Positions 28,324 through 37,593 of a stretch of DNA of 64,000 nt are shown one piece after another. Both the position numbers and the translations under genes were made by a program. The stretch comes from Ignavibacteria bacterium (GTDB lineage Bacteria > Bacteroidota > Ignavibacteria > Tepidaquicellales > Tepidaquicellaceae): assembly GCA_016788375.1 (NCBI GenBank), contig JAEUSI010000004.1:3478-67477 (forward strand), written 5' to 3'. The notes under the pieces were generated by a model. The model saw only the letters and a program-made list of their open reading frames with translations, made no database searches and had not been told where the DNA came from. Position 1 is the stretch's first letter. Every line of letters begins with the position of its first letter.

Positions 28324-29880
28324 TTATTTAATTTTTTTTATAACAGACCTCGCCGTATTCTGTCCGTCAAGTGCAGCTGAAATTATACCGCCTGCATAAC
28401 CAGCACCTTCTCCGCACGGATAAAGATTCCGGGTTTCAGTATGTTCGTATGATTCAGGATTCCGCGGGATTCTTACAGGCGAACTTGTCCTTGATTCTAT
28501 ACCGACAAGATAAGCTTCTTCGCTGTAATATCCCTTCATCTTCTTTCCGAAAATCTTAAATGCCTGCTTGAGTCTATCAGTTACAAAAAAAGGAAGAAGT
28601 TCCTTCAGCATTGAACCGTAAACTCCCGGTATATATGATGTCTTTCCCGGTTGTGCTGTAATTTTTTCATTTACAAAATCAGTCATTCGCTGTGCAGGTG
28701 CTTTTTGAGATCCGTCACCCGCATCAAAAAACTTTTTCTCGTATTCTTTCTGAAACTCAAGCCCGGCAAATTCACCGAACCTCTCATATTCCATAATGTC
28801 TTCATTTTCTATTGCCGTTACAATTCCGGAATTTGCAAATTCGGAATTCCTGCCGGACATAGACATTCCGTTTACAACAATTTCGCCGGGTGATGTTGCT
28901 GACGGTACAATCAGCCCGCCCGGACACATGCAGAATGAAAAAACTCCTCTTCTGCTAATCTGTGCGGTAAGTTTATAACTTGCAGCAGGAAGAAATTTAC
29001 TTCTGGGATTCTGTTTATACTGAATTTCATCGATAAGTTTTTGCGGATGTTCAATCCGGATTCCGAGAGCGAAGGGTTTTTGCTCAGTCTTTATATTTTT
29101 TTTCCTGAGAAGATAATATATATCCCTTGCAGAATGTCCCGTACATAATATGAACGAATCTCCCGTAAATTCTTTTTTGTCATTTACGATTACCCCTGTC
29201 AGTATACTGTCTTTGACAATGAAATCCGTTACTCTTGAATTAAAATTTATTTCACCCCCGTAATGAAGAATTGTTTCCCGGATATTGCTTACTATTAATG
29301 GCAGCTTGTTGGATCCGATATGAGGATGAGCATCAACAAGAATATCAGAACCGGCTCCGTGTTCCACAAATATCTTAAGAGCTTTATATATATCACCTCT
29401 TTTTTGAGATCTTGTATAAAGTTTTCCGTCGGAATATGTTCCGGCACCGCCTTCTCCGAAACAATAATTTGAATCGGGATTTATTATGCTGAACTGCTGA
29501 ATATTTCTCAGATCTTTTCTGCGTGCTCTTACATCTTTGCCTCTTTCAAAAATAACCGGCTTTATTCCCGCTTCTATAAGTTCAAGCGCAGCAAAATAAC
29601 CCGCAGGTCCCGCTCCTATTATATAAACTTTTTTTTTATCGCTGACTGATTTATAATAACTTTTAACGACCGGCTCAGGTGAAGGCTCTTCATTTATAAA
29701 AACTTCAGCACTTATATTTATAAAAGGATATCTGCTCCGGGCATCTATTGATCTCTTTTTTTTTACAACTGTAAAATTATCTTCCGGTCTGATTTTACAT
29801 TCCTTGCGGATTATTTCAACGATAATTTTCTCGTCAGATGCATCTTCAGGACTGAGGGAAATTGTAAGCTGCTTTTTCAT
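28324..29880 (-). CDS. FAD-dependent oxidoreductase (COG2509-like uncharacterised dehydrogenase)
   Basis: 518 aa ORF with the dinucleotide fold VYIIGAGPAGYFAALE. The C-terminal CGEGAGYAGGI is typical of this family. Confidence 0.7.
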   Translation of the reverse strand: MKKQLTISLSPEDASDEKIIVEIIRKECKIRPEDNFTVVKKKRSIDARSRYPFINISAEVFINEEPSPEPVVKSYYKSVSDKKKVYIIGAGPAGYFAALELIEAGIKPVIFERGKDVRARRKDLRNIQQFSIINPDSNYCFGEGGAGTYSDGKLYTRSQKRGDIYKALKIFVEHGAGSDILVDAHPHIGSNKLPLIVSNIRETILHYGGEINFNSRVTDFIVKDSILTGVIVNDKKEFTGDSFILCTGHSARDIYYLLRKKNIKTEQKPFALGIRIEHPQKLIDEIQYKQNPRSKFLPAASYKLTAQISRRGVFSFCMCPGGLIVPSATSPGEIVVNGMSMSGRNSEFANSGIVTAIENEDIMEYERFGEFAGLEFQKEYEKKFFDAGDGSQKAPAQRMTDFVNEKITAQPGKTSYIPGVYGSMLKELLPFFVTDRLKQAFKIFGKKMKGYYSEEAYLVGIESRTSSPVRIPRNPESYEHTETRNLYPCGEGAGYAGGIISAALDGQNTARSVIKKIK

Positions 29881-29928
29881 TATACTTGTTTGCTCACTTT
29901 TTATGTGAAAAATATATTCCTTTGTGTT

Positions 29929-30276
29929 TTATCCGAGTCGGGATTTCTGTTTTCCGGTAAGATTTTTTAAAATCAGATCATAAGAGTGATCGATCATTTT
30001 TGTTATTTCATTTAATGAAAGCTTTCCCTGAAGCATTACGGTATTCCAGTGTTTTTTATTCATATGATAACCGGGCAGTACATCCTCATATCTTTCACGC
30101 AAATCAGCAGCCAGTTCCGGATCACACTTCAGATTTACACTAAGAGGAAAACCAAATGAAGTAATCGCAAATATTTTTCCCGCTACTCTGAAACAAAGCG
30201 TGTTTTCATCAAATGGATAATCTTCGGTTGTGTGTTTTTTCGAAAGGCAATATTCCCTGAGTTCGTCGAAATTCAA
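29929..30276 (-). CDS. MmcQ/YjbR family protein
   Basis: 115 aa ORF. LREYCLSKKHTTEDYPFDENTLCFRVAGKIFA resembles YjbR-family N-termini. Confidence 0.7.
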   Translation of the reverse strand: MNFDELREYCLSKKHTTEDYPFDENTLCFRVAGKIFAITSFGFPLSVNLKCDPELAADLRERYEDVLPGYHMNKKHWNTVMLQGKLSLNEITKMIDHSYDLILKNLTGKQKSRLG

Positions 30277-30297
30277 ATATAAATTTTTTAATAAATT

Positions 30298-30879
30298 TTA
30301 AATATCTTCTCTCTCAATCCATTTCTTCACTTTTACCGGAATGAATTTCTTCATTTTTTCAATAAGCTCTTCGGGATTATTATCTGTAATTATCATATCA
30401 AGGTTTTCATTTTTTACAAATTCATTTTCTATCATATGATTAATAAAATCTTTCAGCTTTTCGAAATAATTTTCGACATTCAGCAGCCCGATAGGTTTTG
30501 AGTGAATACCAAGCTGCGCCCACGTCCAAACTTCGAAAAATTCCTCAAGTGTTCCTATCCCTCCCGGCATCGCAATATATCCGTCGGATAATTCGGACAT
30601 TTTCATTTTTCTTTCATGCATCGAATCGACAATAACAAGTTCGGTCACTTCTCTGAGCGCAGATTCCCTGATAACAAGATTCCGGGGAATAATGCCGGTT
30701 ACATGTCCGTTGTATTTCAAGACAGTATTGGCAATCTCCCCCATAATTCCGACATTGCCTCCGCCGTAAACAAGTTCAAGATTTTCCCTTACAAGTATTT
30801 TACCGAGTTCCTGAGCAGCCTGAAGATATCTCACTCCTCTGCCGGATGAGGAACCGCAAAACACACATACTCTTTTCAA
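30298..30879 (-). CDS. LOG family nucleotide 5'-monophosphate nucleosidase (TIGR00730)
   Basis: 193 aa ORF with VYGGGNVGIMG and PGGIGTLEE motifs. Confidence 0.85.
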   Translation of the reverse strand: MKRVCVFCGSSSGRGVRYLQAAQELGKILVRENLELVYGGGNVGIMGEIANTVLKYNGHVTGIIPRNLVIRESALREVTELVIVDSMHERKMKMSELSDGYIAMPGGIGTLEEFFEVWTWAQLGIHSKPIGLLNVENYFEKLKDFINHMIENEFVKNENLDMIITDNNPEELIEKMKKFIPVKVKKWIEREDI

Positions 30880-30897
30880 TTTTCTTTTGAATTTGAT

Positions 30898-31407
30898 TTA
30901 TTCGGGTTTACTTCTTCTTTCCCTTTTTAAAATATAAGAAACTATTGACGTAATGACCATACCTCCGAGAAGAATAAGCAGCATTTGCTGTATTATCTGA
31001 ACATTAAGGCTGAATCTGTATTTAGTAATTGTAACAGCCGCATTAATCTCATCCCGTCCCGCATTTTTCTGAATCAGTCTCTTTTCTGTTTCAGCTGCAA
31101 GATAATTCACATAATTCGGATTTATGTATTCGTAGTAAACATAAGTAAACACAACTATCATTACTGCCATAATAAATGTAATTACAATGCCTGTTCTGAA
31201 TGCATCCCTGTATATTATATATCCGAAATTAGTCTTGTCTCTTCTTTCTTTTATTCCGTAATAAATTCCTATTACGGGAATCAGAACGGAAACAATCCCG
31301 ACATACATTCCGAGTTCATGAAAATTTGGAATCAGAAGTGTATATACAATTATCATCCATACAAATAAAATAAAAGATGTGAAAAATCCGTATTTAAGTT
31401 CGATCAT
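30898..31407 (-). CDS. Four-TM membrane protein (DUF4199-like)
   Basis: 169 aa ORF. Its hydrophobicity pattern and size resemble DUF4199 proteins of the FCB group; the assignment is tentative. Confidence 0.45.
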   Translation of the reverse strand: MIELKYGFFTSFILFVWMIIVYTLLIPNFHELGMYVGIVSVLIPVIGIYYGIKERRDKTNFGYIIYRDAFRTGIVITFIMAVMIVVFTYVYYEYINPNYVNYLAAETEKRLIQKNAGRDEINAAVTITKYRFSLNVQIIQQMLLILLGGMVITSIVSYILKRERRSKPE

Positions 31408-31474
31408 TCAGATATATTTGTTAATTTTAAAAAAAACTCAATTTCATATTTCTATGCTGCCGGAATATTACCAC

Positions 31475-31954
31475 TTAACAAAATCCTTTTTCGTGTTCAA
31501 GCAGCCATTTTTTCTTTTTCAGACCCCCCGCATATCCGGTCAGATCGCCTTTGCTTCCTATTACCCTGTGACAGGGAATTATTACCGCTATTTTGTTTTT
31601 GTTATTTGCATTTCCCACTGCTCTGGAAGCTTTACTGTTACCGGTTCTCGCTGCAATTTCACCGTAAGACATTGTCTTTCCGAAAGGAATTTTAAGAAGC
31701 TGTTTCCATACTTTTTTCTGGAACCAGGTTCCTTCGGGTTTAAGCAGAAGTTCAAAATTTTTTCTTCTGCCCGCGAAGTATTCATCAAGCTGTCTCAGAC
31801 ATTTCTTCAGAGGAACTGGAATTTTACCCGGATTTGATTTTTTCCTCCCACTTTTTTTTTCTGTAAAGTAAAGCGAGATTATTCCTTCGTCATCACCCGA
31901 TATTTCCATAAGTCCCGGCGCAGACTTATAATAAACTGTGCAAAAGTTTTCCAT
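31475..31954 (-). CDS. ogt: Methylated-DNA-protein-cysteine methyltransferase
   Basis: 159 aa ORF with the active-site motif IPCHRVIGS. Confidence 0.85.
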   Translation of the reverse strand: MENFCTVYYKSAPGLMEISGDDEGIISLYFTEKKSGRKKSNPGKIPVPLKKCLRQLDEYFAGRRKNFELLLKPEGTWFQKKVWKQLLKIPFGKTMSYGEIAARTGNSKASRAVGNANNKNKIAVIIPCHRVIGSKGDLTGYAGGLKKKKWLLEHEKGFC

Positions 31955-31969
31955 TTAGCGTTTTGATTT

Positions 31970-32233
31970 TCAGGAAATATCTTTCAAAAGCTCTCTGGCA
32001 TAAACTTCGTCTTCGGGCATAACTTTAAATACCACCGGTCCTGTAACCGGATTGAATCCGGTGCCAAGCACTCCCACACCGAACAAATCCTGAACACCTT
32101 CGCCCTGTGCCAGATATCTGATCTGTGCTTCGTCGAGAACTGATTTCACAACCGAGATTACCGCTTCGTTGCCTGTTTCAAATACTGTGACCAGTTTTTC
32201 GTGATCTTCTTTTTCATGCTGCTGTTTGTTCAT
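31970..32233 (-). CDS. DUF2007-like small protein
   Basis: 87 aa ORF. LVTVFETGNEAVISVVKSVLDEAQIRY fits the DUF2007 pattern. Confidence 0.55.
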   Translation of the reverse strand: MNKQQHEKEDHEKLVTVFETGNEAVISVVKSVLDEAQIRYLAQGEGVQDLFGVGVLGTGFNPVTGPVVFKVMPEDEVYARELLKDIS

Positions 32234-32434
32234 TGCTCTTCAGATTATTTTAAAAAAATATATTTGTAATTTCTTTTGCTTAATTTAATTTAATTGACGG
32301 TAATATTACAGACAAAACACCGCACTTTTTCGGGTAAGTATGCAAATTACTTCCGTTTTAATTTATTATATTAAAACAGATATAAAATTTCAAAAGCTGA
32401 AAACCGGATTTTAAAATATATTCGTAACTGATTA

Positions 32435-32464
32435 TTGTCACAAATGCTTGTTATTTTTGTCAAA
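32435..32464 (+). promoter_or_regulatory. Candidate ECF-type promoter (TGTCACA-N16-GTCAAAG) upstream of the sigma factor gene
   Basis: TGTCACA lies at 32435-32441 and GTCAAAG at 32458-32464, with a 16-nt spacer and 22 nt to the ATG. The same bipartite motif recurs at 33377-33406. Confidence 0.55.
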
Positions 32465-32486
32465 GATATAAAAAATCAAATCAACA

Positions 32487-33371
32487 ATGATAAATCCCTT
32501 TAAAGAAATTAATTCAACTGATTCCGAAGACAGTGAGCTGGTTTCGAAATCAGTGGCAGGCGACAAAAAAAGTCTTGAACAACTTGTGAAAAGACATCAG
32601 GCATGGATTTACAATATTGCGCTTAAAATGGTATGGAATCCTGCAGATGCAGAGGATGTAACTCAGGAAACACTTATAAAAATAATCACCAAACTTTCCA
32701 CTTTCAGGCAGGAAAGCAGTTTCAGAACCTGGGCATACAGAATTGCCGCAAATCATGTTATCAACATGAAAAAGAAAAAGATGGAATATCAGTATTCATC
32801 CTTTGATGTTTACGGCGGACAGATTCTTAATTCTCCTGATAAAGAGCTGCCGGATCAGAAGAGTGTACCGGTCGATCTGAATCTGCTGGTAGAAGAAACA
32901 AAAATCGGATGCATGAATGCCATGCTGCTTTGCCTTGACAGGGAACAGAGGCTTATTTTTATTCTCGGAAATATGTTTGGTGTTAATGATGAAACCGGAA
33001 GCAGCATTATGGAAATGTCAAAGGATAATTTCAGACAGAAACTTTCCAGGGCAAGAAAACAGCTGGCAAGTTTTATGGGCAGCAAATGCGGGCTAATGAA
33101 TAAGAATAATCCGTGTCATTGCTCGAAGAAAACAAAACTCATGATGGACAGCGGGCATGTGAATCCGGAAAATCTGCTTTTCAGCAGGAAACATGTTTAT
33201 ACAATCGAAAAGGCAGCTCCTCAGAAACTCGAAAGATTCAATGAATTCTATGAAGAAAAGGCAGTATCTCTGTTCAGAGAGCATCCGTTTCAGCAATCTC
33301 CTGATTTTGTAAAATCCCTGAATGAAATTCTCTCAAGCAGCGAATTCAGAAATATTTTTAATTTTAACTGA
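32487..33371 (+). CDS. ECF-type sigma-70 family RNA polymerase sigma factor with a C-terminal extension of about 110 aa
   Basis: 294 aa ORF. Region 2 is DAEDVTQETLIKI...FRTWAYRIAANHVIN and region 4 is DREQRLIFILG...MSKDNFRQKLSRARKQL. An extra domain follows, starting KCGLMNKNNPCHCSKK. Confidence 0.8.
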   Translation: MINPFKEINSTDSEDSELVSKSVAGDKKSLEQLVKRHQAWIYNIALKMVWNPADAEDVTQETLIKIITKLSTFRQESSFRTWAYRIAANHVINMKKKKMEYQYSSFDVYGGQILNSPDKELPDQKSVPVDLNLLVEETKIGCMNAMLLCLDREQRLIFILGNMFGVNDETGSSIMEMSKDNFRQKLSRARKQLASFMGSKCGLMNKNNPCHCSKKTKLMMDSGHVNPENLLFSRKHVYTIEKAAPQKLERFNEFYEEKAVSLFREHPFQQSPDFVKSLNEILSSSEFRNIFNFN

Positions 33372-33376
33372 ATAAC

Positions 33377-33406
33377 TGTCACATACGGGCTTTGTTTATG
33401 TCAAAG
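33377..33406 (+). promoter_or_regulatory. Second copy of TGTCACA-N16-GTCAAAG, upstream of the T9SS beta-helix gene
   Basis: TGTCACA lies at 33377-33383 and GTCAAAG at 33400-33406, with a 16-nt spacer and 39 nt to the ATG at 33446. Confidence 0.55.
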
Positions 33407-33445
33407 TAATTAAAGACATATTTAAAACTTAATTTCATTACAATT

Positions 33446-34852
33446 ATGAAAATCTTAAAATTTACTTTCCTGCTTTTGTTTGCATTTTGTTCCAATGTTA
33501 ATGCAAACATAAGAAATGTACCCTCTCAGTATTCCACAATACAATCTGCAATAAATTCCAGTTCGGCTCATGACACAGTACTTGTTCAGACAGGAACCTA
33601 CTTTGAGAATATAAATTTCAGAGGCAGGAACATTGTACTTACCAGCAGGTTTTATCAGAATAATGAATTCTCATTCATTCAGAATACTGTCATAAACGGA
33701 AGTACGCCTGTTTATCCCGACACAGGAAGCTGTGTGATAATAAGCGGCGGTGAAGATTCGACATGCGTGCTGCAGGGATTTACAATTACAGGCGGAACTG
33801 GCACCAAATGGCAGGATGAACACGGAGCAGGTCTATACAGGGAAGGAGGTGGAATACTTGTAGCTTATTCAAATCCGGTAATACAGAATAATATTATAAC
33901 GGGAAACAGCGCAATTCCCGGCGGTGTAACAAGCACAGGAGGAGGAGGGCTTCGTATCGGAGACTGTTACTGCAGGGTTTTTAACAATATCATATCAAAC
34001 AACACAGCAAGATACGGCGCAGGAATCGTTCTAAATTATACAGGCGGTGAATACAGAAACAATGTTGTCTGCAGAAACTACGGATCACAGGATTACGGAG
34101 CAGGTTCAGGATTCTGGATAAACAACAATTATTCAAGACCCAAGATAATTGAAAACAACACGATAGTTTCAAATTCAGCAATCGCAGGTACTCCGGGAGT
34201 TCTTGGTTTCAGCGGTGCACAGGGAAGTCTGAGAAACAACATTGTCTGGGGAAATACTTCAATAACCGTAACGCAGATATCCGGCAGCAGTCTCAGCGTT
34301 ACTTACAGCGATGTGCAGAACGGATATGCCGGCGCAGGGAACATTAATCTGAATCCGTCATTTGATTCAACGAATTATTATTTAAGCATAAGTTCACCGT
34401 GTATTGACAAAGGAGACAGCAGCACTGCTTACAATGATCCTCCTGAACAGGGAAATCCGACAGCCGCAAAATGGCCATCAAGAGGAAGTATAAGAAATGA
34501 CATGGGAGCATACGGAGGTCCGGGAAGCAGGGTTATTGCAAATACAACTGTCTCGGCAGGAAGTAATTCAGAATTAATTATACAAGATAACGGATTTATA
34601 TTGTATCAGAATTATCCAAATCCGTTTAATCCGTCTACAAAAATAAATTTCGAATTGAATTTTTCCGGTTTTGTAACTCTTAAGGTATTTGATGTTACCG
34701 GAATTGAAGTTGCAGTTCTGGTAAACGAAAAGATAAATCCGGGAAATCATTCTGTAGTGTTTAATGCGGTAGAACTTCCGGGAGGAGTTTATTTTTATAA
34801 ACTTGAAACCGGCAATTTTTCCGAATCAAGAAAAATGCTTTTGATAAAGTAA
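33446..34852 (+). CDS. Secreted right-handed parallel beta-helix repeat protein with a T9SS C-terminal sorting domain
   Basis: 468 aa ORF with a signal peptide. IQSAINSSSAHDTVLVQTGTYFENINF, the repeated NN(I/V)I..N units and GGGG(L/I) turns indicate a beta-helix. The C-terminus is NYPNPFNPSTKINFEL...GVYFYKLETGNFSESRKMLLIK. Confidence 0.75.
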   Translation: MKILKFTFLLLFAFCSNVNANIRNVPSQYSTIQSAINSSSAHDTVLVQTGTYFENINFRGRNIVLTSRFYQNNEFSFIQNTVINGSTPVYPDTGSCVIISGGEDSTCVLQGFTITGGTGTKWQDEHGAGLYREGGGILVAYSNPVIQNNIITGNSAIPGGVTSTGGGGLRIGDCYCRVFNNIISNNTARYGAGIVLNYTGGEYRNNVVCRNYGSQDYGAGSGFWINNNYSRPKIIENNTIVSNSAIAGTPGVLGFSGAQGSLRNNIVWGNTSITVTQISGSSLSVTYSDVQNGYAGAGNINLNPSFDSTNYYLSISSPCIDKGDSSTAYNDPPEQGNPTAAKWPSRGSIRNDMGAYGGPGSRVIANTTVSAGSNSELIIQDNGFILYQNYPNPFNPSTKINFELNFSGFVTLKVFDVTGIEVAVLVNEKINPGNHSVVFNAVELPGGVYFYKLETGNFSESRKMLLIK

Positions 34853-34873
34853 ATTATCATTTATTAACGTGTA

Positions 34874-34917
34874 AATCTTCCGGCCGGAACAACAGTTTCA
34901 CCGGAAGATTTTTTTTT
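34874..34917 (+). terminator. Intrinsic terminator
   Basis: AATCTTCCGG at 34874-34883 pairs with CCGGAAGATT at 34901-34910, followed by a T-run. Confidence 0.8.
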
Positions 34918-35024
34918 GTCAGCATGTTTTTTAATGCTCCGGATTCTATATACATACAATATTAATATCTTTAACTACTGAATTTATAAACCTAATTTGC
35001 AAATGTAAAAAATTCAGTTTAAAG

Positions 35025-37313
35025 ATGAACAGGAATATATTTCTTTATAGTTTAATTCTGTTACTTTCAGCTCATCCGTTGTTTTCACAGGAAAAAAGCA
35101 ACGGCGTAATAAAAGGAACAATAACGGATTCCCAGACACAGAGTCCGGTTGAAGGCGCTGTGATTGAACTAATGAACACCGGTTTTAGAGCAGGTTCGGA
35201 TGAAAGGGGAGAGTTTATATTTGAAAACCTGAAATTTGATTCGTATCAGATAAGAGTTTCCGGTACAGGATATGAACCTGTGATTAAATCTGATCTGATT
35301 GTTTATGCAAGCAAGCCGCTTGTAATTTCGATTAAGCTGAATCCTCAGGGAGTGGTAACGGAACAGATAGAAGTTGAGGCAAATTATTTTCAGAAAAGTT
35401 CCGGTATAAATGTAAGTTCGATGAACCTTGATTTCGAAGAGATACGCCGTGCGCCCGGAGCAACCGAAGATATTTCAAGAATGATGCAGAATGCACCCGG
35501 TGTTGCAATCGGGAATGATCAGAGAAACGACATTATCGTCAGAGGTGGATCGCCTGCTGAAAATCTGATTTTAATTGACGGTGTTGAAATTCCGAATATA
35601 AATCACTTCGGAACTGACGGTTCATCAAGCGGAGCAATCGGATTTATCAACGTGAAATTTATTCAGGAGACTGATATACTTACCGGAGGATTTCCTTCGA
35701 TGTTCGGTGATAAGCTTTCCGGTGTGGTCAACATTTCATTCAGGGAAGGGAGCAGGAAAAAATTTTACAGCGATGTTAACTTATCCATAGCGGGATTTGG
35801 GGCTATCGTCGAAGGACCGCTTACAGGAAAAGGTTCGTTTATGTTTTCATTAAGAAGGAGTTACCTTGAACTTATAAAAAGTGCGATAAGGCTTACTTCG
35901 GCACCTAATTACTGGGACTTTAATCTGAAAGCTGTTTACAATCCGGGTAAAAACGACAAACTTACACTTATAGGACTTCTCGGTCTGGATAAGGTTGATT
36001 TCTCCGGTGAATCTGCAGAAGATAATCCTTTTGGAAATTCAAACGACAATCAGAAAACTCTCGGTATCGGAGTAAATTACACTAAACTATTTAAGAAAGG
36101 CTATCTTCAGACTGTAATCTCGGATTCCTATGTAAACAACGATATAATACAGATTGACGGTCAGACGGCTCAGCCTGAATTTAAGAATACCGCAAACAAC
36201 AACGAGATAATATTAAACTCTGATCTGAATTATCAGCTGACGCGAACATTCATTTTGAACACAGGAGCCGGCGGCAGGTTCGCAAATGTAAATAATTATA
36301 TTTTCCTGAAAGGAGATACAAATGCCGCAGGATATGTTTATGATACCATTAATTCCAATTTTAACATAACTACATTTAAACTTTTCGGGCATGTAAATTT
36401 TACCACAAAGCTTTTTGAAGACAGGCTGAATATAAACACGGGAATACGTCTTGAATATTTCGAATACATAAGGCTTAAAACATATTTTTCTCCGAGAATC
36501 GGAGTTTCATACAACATTACTCCTGTTACTTCAGTCAATGCCGCATACGGAATTTTTCATCAGACTCCGGAATACATCTGGCTCAGTGCTGATATTAGAA
36601 ACAAAAATCTGAACAGCATTCGGTGTGAGCATTTTATTGCCGGTATTGATCATTTCCTGTCGGAAGACCTGAAAGTCTCTGCTGAAATATATTATAAGAA
36701 ATACAAGGATTATGCCGTATGGCTGGATATTCCAACTTACATCCTTATTGACGGCGGTACGGAATTTGGTCCGAACATAGTAGGTCAGGCTGTAAGTGCA
36801 GGAACAGGATACACAAAGGGCTTTGATATTTCGATTCAGAAAAAGCTGACAAATACAGGTTTATACGGATCTGTTACATATTCATATATAAATTCCGGGT
36901 TTATGGCTCTTGCGGGAAATGAAAAACCAGGTGCGTTCGATCCGGGAAATCAGTTTACTCTGATTTCAGGATATCAGTTCAATGACGGCTGGCTTGTCGG
37001 AGCAAAGTTTAAATATTCCGGAGGAAGACCTTATACTCCGCTGAATTATCAGGCATCTGCACAGGTAAACAGAGCAGTTTTTGCAACTGACGATTTTAAC
37101 AGCGCCCGTTATCCGTATTACATGAGAATAGATCTGAGGGCGGATAAAAAATTCGACTTTAAGAATGCAAGCCTGATTTGTTATCTGGAACTTCAGAACT
37201 TATTCGACAGGGAAAATATTTATGCTTACTACTGGAATGAAGATACAAAGAGTCCGGGAACGGTTTATCAGTGGGCGTTTTTTCCTGTGGGAGGGATAAG
37301 TGTTCAGTTTTAA
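35025..37313 (+). CDS. TonB-dependent receptor-like outer membrane protein with an N-terminal CarboxypepD_reg domain
   Basis: 762 aa ORF with a signal peptide. GVIKGTITDSQTQSPVEGAVIEL is CarboxypepD_reg-like, and DIIVRGGSPAENLILIDGVEIPN is plug-like. The C-terminus ends in an aromatic residue (VQF). Confidence 0.75.
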   Translation: MNRNIFLYSLILLLSAHPLFSQEKSNGVIKGTITDSQTQSPVEGAVIELMNTGFRAGSDERGEFIFENLKFDSYQIRVSGTGYEPVIKSDLIVYASKPLVISIKLNPQGVVTEQIEVEANYFQKSSGINVSSMNLDFEEIRRAPGATEDISRMMQNAPGVAIGNDQRNDIIVRGGSPAENLILIDGVEIPNINHFGTDGSSSGAIGFINVKFIQETDILTGGFPSMFGDKLSGVVNISFREGSRKKFYSDVNLSIAGFGAIVEGPLTGKGSFMFSLRRSYLELIKSAIRLTSAPNYWDFNLKAVYNPGKNDKLTLIGLLGLDKVDFSGESAEDNPFGNSNDNQKTLGIGVNYTKLFKKGYLQTVISDSYVNNDIIQIDGQTAQPEFKNTANNNEIILNSDLNYQLTRTFILNTGAGGRFANVNNYIFLKGDTNAAGYVYDTINSNFNITTFKLFGHVNFTTKLFEDRLNINTGIRLEYFEYIRLKTYFSPRIGVSYNITPVTSVNAAYGIFHQTPEYIWLSADIRNKNLNSIRCEHFIAGIDHFLSEDLKVSAEIYYKKYKDYAVWLDIPTYILIDGGTEFGPNIVGQAVSAGTGYTKGFDISIQKKLTNTGLYGSVTYSYINSGFMALAGNEKPGAFDPGNQFTLISGYQFNDGWLVGAKFKYSGGRPYTPLNYQASAQVNRAVFATDDFNSARYPYYMRIDLRADKKFDFKNASLICYLELQNLFDRENIYAYYWNEDTKSPGTVYQWAFFPVGGISVQF

Positions 37314-37326
37314 AACCGGACTGAAT

Positions 37327-37572
37327 TTATTTCGGCTGATCCTGAAATTTCAGGAAGAGCAGAACTACGACTGCAATAAGAAGAATAATATAAAGAGCAA
37401 CAAGAAAAACATTTCTTAAGTATTTTTTTCTCTGTACAGTCCTTTCGTAGGAAACATAGCCTTTTGAATAATCACCTCTCGAAGGATCCCATTTAAAATT
37501 TTTTTTGACTTTTTCTATATCCATAACTTCTTTTTTGTAAATTAGCATTATTAATATACTTTTTCTAAGCAA
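37327..37572 (-). CDS. Small single-TM protein, function unknown
   Basis: The track start is a TTG. The ATG at 37524 (MDIEKVKK, 65 aa) is more likely. There is one C-terminal TM segment. Confidence 0.4.
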   Translation of the reverse strand: MLRKSILIMLIYKKEVMDIEKVKKNFKWDPSRGDYSKGYVSYERTVQRKKYLRNVFLVALYIILLIAVVVLLFLKFQDQPK

Positions 37573-37593
37573 TTATAATTATTCATTTTCCGC

